From positions 45,944,001 through 46,008,000 of the forward strand of contig NC_087251.1 of assembly GCF_037042905.1 (NCBI RefSeq): a stretch of 64,000 bases of DNA. The letters are read 5' to 3'. Origin of the DNA: Lytechinus pictus. Taxonomy: Eukaryota. Below the pieces are notes generated by a model. It worked only from the letters and a program-made list of their open reading frames with translations. It had not been told where the DNA came from and did no database searches. How positions within the stretch are numbered: position 1 is the stretch's first letter; each line of letters begins with the position of its first letter. Below, one piece after another: positions 23,301 through 34,536 of this stretch. Position numbers and translations under genes: made by a program.

Positions 23301-25503
23301 TAAGCAGAAAAAAAAAATCATTTTTTCCATGTGCAAACCTATGGATTCACAATGCTTCTAACAGAACATGACATCACGTCCTTGAGGCTTGTGAAAAGTA
23401 CAAGAATTCCTTTTTTTAAAGTCCATTTTAGAGCTAATTTTGAGCAAATTGCTGATCTGGTAATCTGAAAATGCATACAATTCATTAAAAAAATTTGCAC
23501 TGCAGTGTTTATAAGTTTAATTGGTATCTGATTTCAATTTTGGATTTGGTCAGTGCCTAAATACATGAGGGCTGTTGATATGAAGGTGTGTCTCCACTTT
23601 AATATGGACAAAAGATGAATTTGAAGAGAGCCTGGACAAGTGTTGTGGTCATACTTGATCCACCAAACAAGCATAATGATCAGCAACCTGTGAATCTTTT
23701 GGATTTACTTAATGGACATAAAAAAAAAACTGTGCTCTTCGAAAATTAATGCCTAAAAATGTATGAACATTTATCATCATGATAAGTATCAACATGATCA
23801 TTGATCCACTGGATGTTGATTTGGTACCAACTACAGTATTCTCTAAATTGAAAAGAAGACAATGTGCATTAGGATATTTGATTTTGAAAAGAACTGTCTT
23901 TAAAAGCAATCATATGGCTAGATTATTTTGTGTGTCTAGCATAGAAATCATGTTGCTACAACTTAAATCAAGTTGTAGCAACTTTATTGAAGTTGTAGCA
24001 ACTTGATTGTGCAACTAATATTGTTTAATCATATAAAAAAATGTACAAATCATCAATACATTAGCATTTGTTCCCCCAAACAAGTAATAAGAACTTCTTA
24101 CAAGGTACTTCCAATGTATTTTATTTGTGTCCGTCCGTGATGTCCGTCCGAGATGGAAAATATTTGCAATTCTCTCAGAAGTTTGATATTGGTTAAGAAT
24201 TCAATATGCTGAACATAGACGCTAACATACCCGAGTGTAAGTTGCATTAACAATTATTGGTCAATGTTAAGCTATTTAGATAGAAACAATAAAAATGTTC
24301 AAAAATTCTGAAAACCACATTTTTATCATGTCCGTCCGGGATATGGCACATTTAGTGGCTACCTATGTTTGTAGGTAACCATGGCAACAAACTTTTTTCA
24401 TCATTCAGCATACTTTGTCCTACCCTTCACTATAAAACACAAAGGAACCATGTTCATCTTATTCCTAATTTGTTACAAGCCTTCAAAGTTTTCAAAATCT
24501 ATCAAATGTCCGTCCGTGATGAACCGATCACGCTCAGTTATTGAATTTTAAAGATATGCATTATTCCGGTGAAACTTTCTGGGCATGTCTTTATGAATAT
24601 TCATTAGGTGGGTTGATGTCATATCCCCACTTGTTCTTTTGTATTTTATTATATGAAATTCGGTTTATTCAAATTTTTCTACCAAGAAATAAAACATTTG
24701 GATTGACAACTGATTAAGTGCATTAATTATTTATTGCCGCAACTTATTTCATCATAATGGAGACACATCTTTTACACATGTAAGAAAAAATGAAACAATT
24801 ATGATTTCATGTAATAACATAAGAAAAAGGGAAAGTGGGGATGTGACATCATCAGCCCACCTAATGAATATTCATGACAATGTGCATGTAACTGTTTTCA
24901 CAAAATATTGATATTTAAACTTTAAAATTCAATAACTTCGATTTTTGTTATCTGATTTTGATAAAATTTTCAGCATTTTGCTCTGTGAATTTTACTGTAA
25001 ATTTTATATATTCTCAGCCCGGACAATCCCTTTAAATTCTGGAGCCTGTTGCATAAATCTTTTGCCATAGAAAAAAAACTCTGGTAAATAAACATAAACT
25101 CTGGCAAACAAAAAAAATGCCATTGACAATAATAAAACATTGAAAAACTCTGGCAAAGATATTGCCAGTTTCTTGTTTGTGCAACAGGGTCCTGGGGGCC
25201 GTTTCATAAAACCACCCCAACTCCCCCCCCCCCCCTCCTGCTTCCGCAGCCCCTGTTCCTTCCTATTGTGGTTGATCAGATCAATTGCAACCCTTTGTAA
25301 GACCGGGCCCTGTATGCAGAATCAACTATAGAAGATATTTCTGGAATGCAGAGTTAACTAAGATTTGATTTATCATGACGTTAGTTCGGCCTGCGTTATT
25401 AAATGAAAACCTCTTTTTATTTTCTGTTTTGTGTCATCATCATCAGCCTCATCCTAACGTCAGACCGATGGCCTATGCAAATTCTATGTTTGGATTCATG
25501 TGA
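4205..25503 (+). CDS. PPP5C: Serine/threonine-protein phosphatase 5, complete 11-exon CDS: join(4205..4340,8755..8924,9442..9513,12252..12402,12889..13010,17349..17513,18871..18976,19832..20062,20518..20737,21613..21691,25447..25503); 1509 nt, 502 aa
   Basis: All exon phases join in frame. N-terminal TPR repeats ([52 protein letters not shown]) and PPP motifs GDIHGQ, GDFVDRG, RGNHE, HGGL, RSHE, SAPNYC; C-terminus [18 protein letters not shown] as recalled for animal PP5. The start could be the ATG at 4205 or 4211. Confidence 0.97.
6698..8141 (-). pseudogene. Decayed hAT-family (ZNF862-like) transposase, antisense in PPP5C intron 1
   Basis: C-terminal dimerisation motif [20 protein letters not shown]...DWRLSL; upstream [15 protein letters not shown]...RTR*VDHRR (conserved TRW mutated to stop); frameshifts between ORF pieces. 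Confidence 0.85.
8755..8924 (+). CDS. PPP5C: PPP5C exon 2 (TPR1-2)
   Basis: [57 protein letters not shown]; donor AAG|GTGAAT. Confidence 0.95.
9442..9513 (+). CDS. PPP5C: PPP5C exon 3 (TPR3)
   Basis: ttttcag|[24 protein letters not shown]|gtaaga. Confidence 0.95.
9918..10527. mobile_element. Degenerate Kolobok-like MITE, same family as 28182-28750
   Basis: Shared internal inverted motif GATCCTCCCATTGGCAATGC-ACCAAGATC-TGATGTCACA and similar ends. Confidence 0.65.
10712..11125. mobile_element. MITE with ~40-bp imperfect TIRs in TTAA/TAA context
   Basis: AGGCCACCGCACACCTTACGA...TCGTAAGATGTGCGGTCGCCT. Confidence 0.8.
11215..11575 (-). mobile_element. 5'-truncated RTE-clade LINE 3' end
   Basis: Peptide [39 protein letters not shown] typical of RTE ORF C-termini; (TAAG)n tail. 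Confidence 0.8.
12252..12402 (+). CDS. PPP5C: PPP5C exon 4
   Basis: [33 protein letters not shown]...INIENM; donor A|GTGAGT. Confidence 0.95.
12889..13010 (+). CDS. PPP5C: PPP5C exon 5
   Basis: [40 protein letters not shown]; donor |GTGAGT. Confidence 0.95.
13530..17139. mobile_element. 3.6-kb non-autonomous DNA transposon inserted in a (TA)n microsatellite
   Basis: Perfect 12-bp TIR CAACGTTCTCGC...GCGAGAACGTTG, (TA)n on both flanks, GC-rich subterminal hairpins; internal ~200-bp tandem duplication (16048-16442) and nested MITE (15019-15169). Confidence 0.8.
17349..17513 (+). CDS. PPP5C: PPP5C exon 6 (GDIHGQ motif), followed by a U12-type donor
   Basis: [15 protein letters not shown]...[37 protein letters not shown]. 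Confidence 0.95.
17514..18870 (+). other. U12-type (minor spliceosome) GT-AG intron, PPP5C intron 6
   Basis: 5' site GTATCCTTT; branch site CCTTAAC at 18847-18853, ending 17 nt before the intron end; no strong polypyrimidine tract. Confidence 0.9.
17617..18369. mobile_element. 753-bp non-autonomous DNA transposon with 6-bp TSD (CTAAAG)
   Basis: TIR TAGGGACAGTGATTT...AAATCACTGTCCCTA; subterminal TTCCGTTT repeats. Confidence 0.85.
18871..18976 (+). CDS. PPP5C: PPP5C exon 7 (GDFVDRG motif)
   Basis: [35 protein letters not shown]; donor G|GTTAGT. Confidence 0.96.
19832..20062 (+). CDS. PPP5C: PPP5C exon 8
   Basis: [18 protein letters not shown]...MHGGLFSQD...RNRQPPES; donor G|GTAAGT. Confidence 0.96.
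20069..20381. repeat. (GAT)n imperfect microsatellite immediately after the exon 8 donor
   Basis: Direct reading. Confidence 0.97.
20518..20737 (+). CDS. PPP5C: PPP5C exon 9
   Basis: [13 protein letters not shown]...[27 protein letters not shown]; donor TG|GTAAGA. Confidence 0.96.
21084..21306. mobile_element. MITE with long TIRs (Harbinger-like)
   Basis: GGGGTGTTTCACAAAGATTTAAGTATGACTT...AAGTCATACTTAAATCTTTGTGAAACAACCCC. Confidence 0.8.
21613..21691 (+). CDS. PPP5C: PPP5C exon 10
   Basis: [27 protein letters not shown]|gtaagt. Confidence 0.93.
21880..25031. mobile_element. Kolobok-like MITE (TTAA TSD) split by a 2.55-kb insertion
   Basis: TTAA|AGGGATGGTCCAGGCTG...CAGCCCGGACAATCCCT|TTAA; uninterrupted sibling at 43716-44296. 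Confidence 0.85.
21985..24535. mobile_element. Non-autonomous DNA transposon with GAG...CTC termini and 4-bp TSD (Sola-like)
   Basis: AGTT|GAGCATGATCGGTT...AACCGATCACGCTC|AGTT; many subterminal TCCGTCCGTGATG motifs in both orientations. Confidence 0.8.
25447..25503 (+). CDS. PPP5C: PPP5C final coding exon
   Basis: catcag|[22 protein letters not shown](TGA). Confidence 0.93.
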   Translation, partial: PHPNVRPMAYANSMFGFM

Positions 25504-25859
25504 TGCTACCTTCCCTCCTAGTTCGTTTAAAGACACTGTGTGTATGTGTGTGTTGATTTCTACCAAACGGACACAATTCTGCCAGCCGCCACCTGTCTGC
25601 TGCCGTTGGTCGCCCCGATTTCATTGGAATCCCTGCATTGCGTGGGAGATGCTCGACGTGTGAAGGGTGATCCTAGGTTGAAGGTGCAACATGCCCCAAC
25701 AAAATTTTGATTTGAATCGATAGAGAAAATCAAACGAGCAAAACACTGAAAATTTCATCAAAATCAGAGGTTTGGATATTTTGCATAAAAGGGTGATATA
25801 TGCGAATGAGAGAGCTGATGTCAGACACTTGGTACTTCTTTTGTGAGCCGAATTAGAAT

Positions 25860-26365
25860 AAGGTCAAAGGTCAATGAACTTTCCATGACTGGCACTGTGC
25901 TTTGTTGTATACATAATAACTTTTTATATCTTCGAGGTAGGATTGCCAAATTCAAACAAGAGGTCCATCTCTTGAAGGTGCAGGTCAAGTTCAAATGTGA
26001 GTTGAATTTGATTAAGGTCAAAGGTCAATGAACTTTCCATGACTGGCACTGTGCTTTGTTGTACACATAATAACTTTTTATATCTTCGAGGTAGGATTGC
26101 CAAATTCAAACAAGAGGTCCATCTCTTGAAGGTGCAGGTCAAGTTCGAATGTGAGTTGAATTTGATCAAGGTCAAAGGTCAATGAACTTTCCATGACTGG
26201 CACTGCTGTGTTGTACACACAATAACTTTCTATAGCTTCGAGGTGGGATCGCCAAACTCGTAACAGAGGTCCATCTAAGTCATATAGCATACATGTAGTT
26301 TTGACATGCAGTCTCTTCATGACTGCAATATGCAGGCGAGACAATGCTTGGCGTTTGCCTTATTT
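25860..26365. repeat. 154-bp tandem repeat (about 2.7 units), probably within a HINE/DINE-like element
   Basis: AGGTCAAAGGTCAATGAAC unit starts at 25861, 26015, 26169; ends with the TGCAGGCGAGAC motif shared with 53810-54447. Confidence 0.8.
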
Positions 26366-28181
26366 AGTAAAGAATGGTAAACATGGTTCGATTCCATATG
26401 GAAAATGTAAAATCATTTGTGTAATTGTGCTGTGGTGAAGACCTTTTTACCATCAAATCTTATCGTAAAAAATCCAGTGCTCATCTGATTTTTTTCTATT
26501 TGTTCAAATCATCTTATTGTTGGGATGGACTTGATGACCTTCCAGGTTTGGTGTTGGTGTTGAAAGTGTTCATAATGCTTCTGAAATGGCATTGGTAGCT
26601 CAACACCAAGTGATGTTAACACCCAACACCAGCTTCATCTCAATTTGGTGTTATGAAACACGATTAAACACGGTCATCTTTCCACGATACATGGGGTCTT
26701 GTCTTCATCTGTATCCAAGTGTATCCAACATGTCATCAATCTCTGTCTCAAGATCTCTCGACTTGCATCGATGCGAACCTTTTACTTCACAGAAACACAG
26801 AGGAATTATAAGAAAGAAAAATCCCAATTGACGACTGCCACCAAGTACCCAATGTGGATGCTCAGGAATAGCACAACATATCTATCAGTTCACAAATTGT
26901 TAAGCTTTTGCTCTCAACGCACACATAAAAATTGTTGGAGAGCTACTGAGTGTAGCCTTCCTCAACGATGTGACCCGATTTGACCTTAGTGACGCAATGG
27001 TCATGCCATAGATATTCGGAAGCTTGTCATGATCACGTCAATCAATTTATTGGTAGCAATGAAGATTTCCAAAGGATATCCCGGCAAAAATGTTCACCCG
27101 TTGGATTGGAGAAGCAGATGAAAGATCGTTCATCCGTTCAAGCAGAACTGCAGAAGAAATTGCTTCGCTTTTCCTACCCATATGTTCAATGGTTGTATCA
27201 TCAATATTCGCAATGTCTGCCAAGAAACTTTTGAAGGGAAAGTCCTCTCTAACAAAAAGTTGGTATAGAAAGATAGAGAGAAATCAAACAAGCATAATGC
27301 GAAATATTTCATGAAAATTGGATGTAAAATATGAAAGTTGTGATGTTTTTTAATTTGCTTAATTTCACATAACATTTATATTCACATCCTAGTCATTGTG
27401 GGAATTAGGGAATGTGGTTTACGTCACTTACTTACTATTTCTCTTGTATTTTATTGTGTGAAATATGGAATATCTTAATTTTTTCCTCTTAGTTTTTAAC
27501 AAAAGGTTTAATTCCTCTGTGATCATGTGGAACTGTCATTTTTGCAACACATTTTGATTTGACAAAGTGCTTTATTATCAAAACTGCAAAAATTTGAAAT
27601 ACTCGAATTCGAGAATGAAATATAAAACAAATAGTAAGTGTGTGACATCAGCTGTCTTATTTGTATATCATCCCAGTTTGTCATATAATTCTTTTGTGAA
27701 AATAAGCAAAATGATCAAATGCTCTAACTTATTAACTTACATAAGATTTTGACTAATATTTTCAGCATTTTGATTGTTTGATTTTTCACTACATATTCAA
27801 ATTAATTCATTGTTGACTTGCTCTTTAACCATTGCTGAGGCTGCCATTGTCAATGCTAGCTCACTACTGTAGCTTAATTTATTTAAAAAAAATCATAATT
27901 ACTATTTTGGTTTAAAAAGGAAAATCTTAATTAAAAGTCATTTTATAGAGTAAGTTTGACCTTTTAGTCCAGCTGTAAGCAATTGAAACAATATCCTTTG
28001 TATGTAAAGAATAATTCTGGGCGATTTAAAGACAAAATACAATTAAATACAAAAAAATAATCTTACTTGGTAACGCTACATGTATACCAAAACTTCATGA
28101 GTGCACGAAGACTGACTCCTGTCTGCATTATCATGTATTTCTCTCAAAATGCAAACATGAGCTATCACTTTCAGGCCTTAA

Positions 28182-28750
28182 AGGAGAATGAAACTCTTGG
28201 AGCAAGTTAGCTTTTGTGAAAGCAGAAAAATCAAAGAACAAGATCAACAAAAGTTTGAGTAAAATAGGACTAGCAATAGAAGAGTTTCGAGCATTTGAAA
28301 GTTGAGATCACTAATGCTATAGAGATCCTCCATTGGCAATGCGACCAAGATCTATGATGTCACAGATGAACAACTCTCCCCTTTTGGACACTGAAAATAT
28401 ACCCCAAAACATCTCTTTTTGCTCATTCTAATCATATGACAAATGATTCATCAATGATATAATGTTGTGAAACCTCTGTACTTGTCCTCTCATAAACACC
28501 TCACATTGTGATAGACTCTATAAAAGTGAGAATATAAGTACTAAAGTAATGAGGGAGTTGTACGTGTGTGACATCACAGATCTTGGTCGTATTGCCAATG
28601 GGAGGATCTACATGGCATTAGTGATCTCAATATTCAAATGCTCATAACTTTCTTATTATTCATTCAATCTTCCTCAAACTTTTAACAATATGTTTCTTTG
28701 ATTTTTCTCTTTGATATGGATTCAGCTGGTTTCAAGGGTTTCATTCTCCT
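28182..28750. mobile_element. Kolobok-like MITE (TTAA TSD)
   Basis: TTAA|AGGAGAATGAAACTCTTG...CAAGGGTTTCATTCTCCT|TTAA. Confidence 0.85.
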
Positions 28751-29193
28751 TTAAGTAAGTGTATTTGTAAACGAGAGCACATCAGTATATTATCCATTGT
28801 TTTGTTAATCACAAGTCCCCCATTTTTAAATCTCTTTTCTAAGCAGTGGAGCATTATATTCTTATATTTTAATTGGCACTTTTGTGTATGATTCAAATGA
28901 GGTTACATTCAATCAGGCTAATTAAGTCCAGTACTTTTTTTTACTTCAAAATTCATTCACCCTTATTTACAGTGCTTAGTGTACTTTTTTACTCCACAAT
29001 TCATTCACCCTTTATATTTACAGTGTCTAATTTACATCTATTCAATTGAACGTTATTGTCATTTCCATTATCTGGTCATGGAAATACTGCCCTCAATTGT
29101 TAGTTTCACATGCAATCTATTTTAGGTGAATTTACTAAACAGTCATTGATGGAACATGATTTGAACTATATAAAACAAATAATGAATAGCCAA

Positions 29194-29960
29194 GTTGAAT
29201 GGATCATTCATTTCATCTTTCACCGAATGAAGTAGTCTTTCCACTGCACTCATAAACATTCATTATTTGGTTTATATGACACCTAAAAATAGATTCTTTT
29301 TCATGTGAAATTTGTGAATTTCGATGCAAAATATGCTCATGCAGTGCGAGCTCGGTCAGTTGATTATCGCGTACATACAACATGCGTGCTGCAAACACGA
29401 GTGGTGTCTGTAATCTGGGTGTGCGCGTGTAATGGACAAAATTGTATGGATCCAAAATTGCATGATGAATGGATCTATAATTGCACGGTTGATGACGTCA
29501 TTGTAATATTGGCTGAATGATCGATATGGACCAACCAATCAAATGACAAGGATCTATCTAGGTGTCATATAATAAGCAAATACCGGTAATGAATAATAAT
29601 GCAATGGACAGAATACTTTACGAGGTGAAAGATGAAATGATCTATTCAACGAATGAAGTATTCTGTCCGTTGCACAAATAAAACAAAATTCATTATTTGT
29701 TTCATATGACACCTAATATGCATAAAAATAGATCCTTGTCATTGGACATTTATGCATTTGGATGCAAAAGTACATGAAGTGCGGGTGCGGTCTGTTGATT
29801 GTTGCATACAACATGTGCACGCTGCACTTACGTGAAGTGCCAGTAGCCTCGGCTAGCGTGTGCAATGGACAAAATTGCACGGATGATGACGTCATTGTAA
29901 ATGGGTTGGATGATCAATATCAAATTACCAATCAAATGGCAGGGATTTCACTCGGTGTCT
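29194..29960. mobile_element. Inverted-repeat element (29194-29649) plus adjacent partial duplicate
   Basis: GTTGAATGGATCATT..TCATCTTTCACC / GGTGAAAGATGAAATGATCTATTCAAC; 29650-29960 repeats about 29228-29570. Confidence 0.65.
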
Positions 29961-29984
29961 TGTGATGCGTTATACACTACATGA

Positions 29985-30708
29985 GTGGAAGAGCTGTGGT
30001 GTAGTTGTTCAGACTCTTGCCTTGTAACCAGATGGTCAATCCACACTTTGCAACGTATATGTACCTGGTAGGATGTGGTGAAAATCATTTTAGCTTGTCC
30101 CAGCATTGTTAACGGCACCGGCGTACAGATGGGGGAGGGGCTTAGGAGGCATGCACCCTCCCCCCCTCAAAAAAAAGAAACTTTCACAACCAAGAAAAAA
30201 AAGGAGAATGATAAAGAAATAGAAAATAAATAAGGTAAATATGAACTGATGTATGTTTTGATTCATCTAGGAAGAGATACAGATTACGAATAGAAATAAA
30301 TCTTATCATCTGGACCCTGTTTCAAACCATTAAGTCCAGGTGATCAGATTTATTTCTATTCGTAATAAGGTAAATATTTCACTTATTTCTTATTATTATA
30401 TCAAAATCTATCACAATTAGATTTTCCCTGTAAAAAGATACATTTTTTTCCCCACGCTTGCAGGATTTTAGAGATATTGCCCTGTACAGCATGTCTGGCC
30501 CCCTCAAAATTTTGTTTCATTACACCACCGGTGAACGCCTCACTTAGTGACTGGCTGGTATATTCCCCAGTGAGTGGAGATTGCGCATGCATTTTGTGCG
30601 GAAATGACTGATTGAATCCGATTACTGGGCTAATGATAAAGTCTGTAAGCACTTTGGATACGTACAATGTATATCTTAAGCGCCTCATAAATAATCAGAT
30701 TATTATTA
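29985..30708 (+). mobile_element. Degenerate tRNA-derived SINE split by a MITE (30116-30530)
   Basis: Similar to the SINE halves at 38035-38181 and 40843-41068; (TTA)n tail. Confidence 0.7.
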
Positions 30709-31460
30709 CAAGTTCATTTTATTACAGCTACCTTTACATCATTTCTCTTTCTTTGTTCTCAAATGATTTGACTTTGGCAGAGGTATTTGCTTTACTTCTA
30801 ATGAGATTTCTTGCTCTATTTTCACAGAATACAAGCTCATTCCTAAGCTGACATTTATATTTTTACATTGTGTGATGTATTATCAAGAAAATGTTGTGCA
30901 TTTTGTATATGACAGAGAGAGAGAGAGAGTGTGTTGGGTGCATGTGTGAGTGATTTTATGTTATTTATGTTGATCGATTCAAAGCTGCATTTCTTTGGCC
31001 TCAAACTGGATAGATTTTGAATGGAAAGTGTACTAGAGCTTTTATTGAATATTTTATAATGTTTTTGTTTTTTTCGAACAGATTATCTTATATTTTCAGT
31101 GTGATTGGCTCAGATGATTTATGTTATTCATAAAATTTGCCAGAGAAATCATAGCTTTGTGAGATTTATCCTCAAAATTGCATATTTAATGATCAACAAC
31201 AATATGGAGGACTATCTTCCCAATAAATAATTGCAAACAATGTCAATCAGTGTTCACATCTTATTCTGTCAGCTAAGGAACCCAATGTGATGATGATAAA
31301 AACCTTCAGAGCACTCACCAAAGTTATCCTGAGAAAGCTTTGAATATTTTGATTTGATTTTAGGCATTTTTGCCACATTTACGAAGAGAAAAATGTATGG
31401 AATTAAAGGGCAAATGACTAGAAGAGGATTTCATATTTTTCTTCTAAATCTTTGACTCCC

Positions 31461-31987
31461 CATAATGGTTAGTCGCGTGCATTTGAGTGTCCGAAAGTCC
31501 ACACACACAGCTTCAACACAGGGAACAGTGGTTTTCATGAACGTAATATTGCAGAAATCCGTGTATCATCTCGATGCTAAATAGATTACCTACAGTGTGA
31601 TGTATAATACTTTACGACTGGTATAATGGTTACATCTCATTTTTCTCCCAAAATTTGAGATCGAGCAGGCAGAACATGGCATATTTCTATGTACAACGTC
31701 AATGTGACTAACGTATGATAGTTTCCGTTCCTAGACCCTTTTCATTTGGAACAGTTAATACAGTCCAAACAAACTTAATTAACGCATTTAATGTTGAAAG
31801 TAACAATATTCTTGTACTATGAAACCTTGCCTACTAATATTTACAATATAGCTACAGTTTGAGGAAGTAAATATCGATTCCGGAATTGATTTTGATTTGC
31901 AATAGGGTCTGCCTGAGTATACTAGCAGGCTAGCATCGTCTGCTACGTAAAACAAATGAGCGAACATGACCGAAACTAACCATTATG
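31461..31987. mobile_element. MITE
   Basis: 13-bp TIR CATAATGGTTAGT...ACTAACCATTATG. Confidence 0.6.
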
Positions 31988-33190
31988 AAATAAATGCAGG
32001 ACTATTCATAAAAGGGATATGTTATTGTTATAATATTGGGATACACCGGTGCACACATGCCTGAAAATTAATTTACCTGCATTGATAATTAATAGTTTAA
32101 ATTTTGAGATTTGGTATCCTTGATATATAACACATTATATTTGTAAGCAGGATTAGACAAATAATTTTGATATGTTCAATGTTTTCTCATGTATTTTGTC
32201 CTTGACCCTTTTGCATGCAAATGATGCAATTTTACTCATTCATGCAATTTATTTCATCAATAGTAAAACAGTTTTCTTTGCACGATTGTACCGCAGAACC
32301 TCAAAAATTGTTACGTATAATTGTTATGTAACATCATTAGGATGATGACAAGTTTCAATGGTGCAATAAAGGAAAACCAGATTCAGATAAAATATCAAAA
32401 TAACTATTGTGCTTTCGCCCAGATATTAATTCAGCATGCAAATATCTAAAGTAAAGATTTGTGTTTTGATAAGCCAAGTCCCTCACCAGGGCCCCCTGGC
32501 ATAAAAGTTAATATTATGGTATTTTGTCCGTTTTTTTTCAGTAGTAAGTTGCATTAAATCCCTGATTTTGATTGGCTGATGGGCATCGTTACCATGGTAG
32601 ATACCATTGGGGAGCAAAGTTACGATAATTATAGTAAGTTTTAGTAACTTTTATGCCATGGGGCCAAGAAGAAAGTCTGTTCCATGCAATGCTTTTGAAA
32701 GTATCTTGAAGGGTACTCACACATTTTCCTTAAAAATTGTTTGGCAGATATCATTTATTTATAGTTTTTATAATTCTGTGTAAGTGTTTTTTTTTCATTC
32801 TGTGAACGCTTTTATTTTTTGTTGTTACCATCTGCAATTCCAGAGTTAATCTTTAATTAGAGAAGATAATGCATCACTTGGCAGTTCAACAAATTAAACA
32901 AAACGAAATGAATAATGAGTATGAAATTTTGTTTGTACTTCCGAATAAAGTCGTGTCACTGGATCAATGGAAAATATATGAAAGGTGGCCGTGGATGTAA
33001 AATGAATTTGTACAGTTTGAAATTAAATTTAAAATTCCTTTATTTCAAATGCTCTGTTAGTGGAGTCATTATTTTCGTCCTATATTTTCACTCTGTGTCT
33101 CTGTAAGAGTTATGGTGAATTATTGATTGGTTTACAACTACATTTTGTTTCTGTCCATTTTGGTCTCCTTCCAGATGGTCTAATCCCATT

Positions 33191-33501
33191 GCCCCGTATT
33201 CTGATAGCAGGTTTAACTTAAACTCAGGTTTAAAGTTGTGGTTTAAGTATGGATAGCCAATTGTTACATAAATCACTAACAGTAGAGATATCATATATCA
33301 GCTCATTTGGCTCTCAAATCATTCATATTTATCTAGGAAGTGTAAAAAGATGATTGTCTTCACCATCAATGAATCAGGAAAGAGCACAGTAAACATAAGA
33401 AACTTACAACTTAATAAAAATGTTGATACTTTTGGCTTCCCATACTTAAACCACAACTTTAAACCTGAGTTTAAGTTAAACCTGCTATCAGAATACGGGC
33501 C
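33191..33501. mobile_element. Young PIF/Harbinger-like MITE, ~60-bp near-perfect TIRs, 3-bp TSD (ATT)
   Basis: CCCGTATTCTGATAGCAGGTTTAACTTAAACTCAGG... mirrored at the right end. Confidence 0.85.
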
Positions 33502-34430
33502 ATTTTGTCTACAATCTGTTTAATAACCTTTCAGGTCTATTCTATTTACAATTTCATCTAATTCCCATTTTATGCTATACCCATTATGTCTGACACGACT
33601 TATTGTATGTGGTTAGATGAACCATTATTGTTAGGTAGACGAAGTAGAAATTAGACCAACTGGGGACTTGGGTATTAGACCAAGTGAGGTGTAGACTCAA
33701 CAGGTAATTAGACCAAATTGAGTGGTTTCAGAAATATGTAATGCAACTATACCAGCACGGGAGTTTGTAGTTTTACTAAAATAAACTAGATGAATTCTCA
33801 ATTTGTCACAGTTCGGATTCAAGACAGAGAGTACCACCTCCGACATAATTTTCTTACTTTTTCTTTTTGCTTTGAAAAATTTGGACGGGAAAGTGCTTTC
33901 TGGAATGGCCATAACCCTTTAATGTTTGCTTGTCAGAAAATATCTACCCTGTCAGAAGCTTATTCAAACTCCCCTTTACTAGCCAGTGGAAGAGCCTATT
34001 TGGTTGAGTAACTCCTTAATTTGTTTATGAATAGACCAAACCTGACTGCTAGAGTAGGCAACCCCTCACTGTGTTTGATAGCTATTGTGTGTGTGAACTG
34101 CATAGGGCAATGCAAGCAAATGTTCAGCAGACTGCAGATAAGCAAGCATAGGGTGCAGTTCTAGCATCTTTCAGCAGCCCCTTGGCTGGGAAAGCCAGCA
34201 CTTTGGGGCCACGCCTTTGATATGTGGAGTGGCATGTAAGCCAGCAGTGGTTGGTTGGAATTCAAGGTCCAGACTGTAAGTTGATGTTTTATTTTACCAT
34301 ATATTATGAAAAGCTTTGATGATAATAATTAGAAACTGGTGTTACTTTGTATTACAATTGAATATGATGAAGGATAATTATGCTATTGGAAGACTAAGAT
34401 ATATTTTAAAGACATACATCTACATGTAAG

Positions 34431-34536
34431 CATTGGCGTCGGAGCAGAGGACTATCTTTTGTGTTTGGGGGGTACGTCTATTGTTGCGTCCCCCCCAAAC
34501 ACAAAAGATAATCCTCTGCTCCGCCGCCAATGAATG
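34431..34536. mobile_element. Fold-back hAT-like mini-MITE with 8-bp TSD (CATGTAAG)
   Basis: 46-bp arms, 10-nt loop; CATGTAAG at 34423-34430 and 34537-34544. Confidence 0.75.

Noticed and set aside
25821..26344. ORFs in the 154-bp repeat
   Set aside because: Unit length is not a multiple of 3 and the peptides are unrecognisable.
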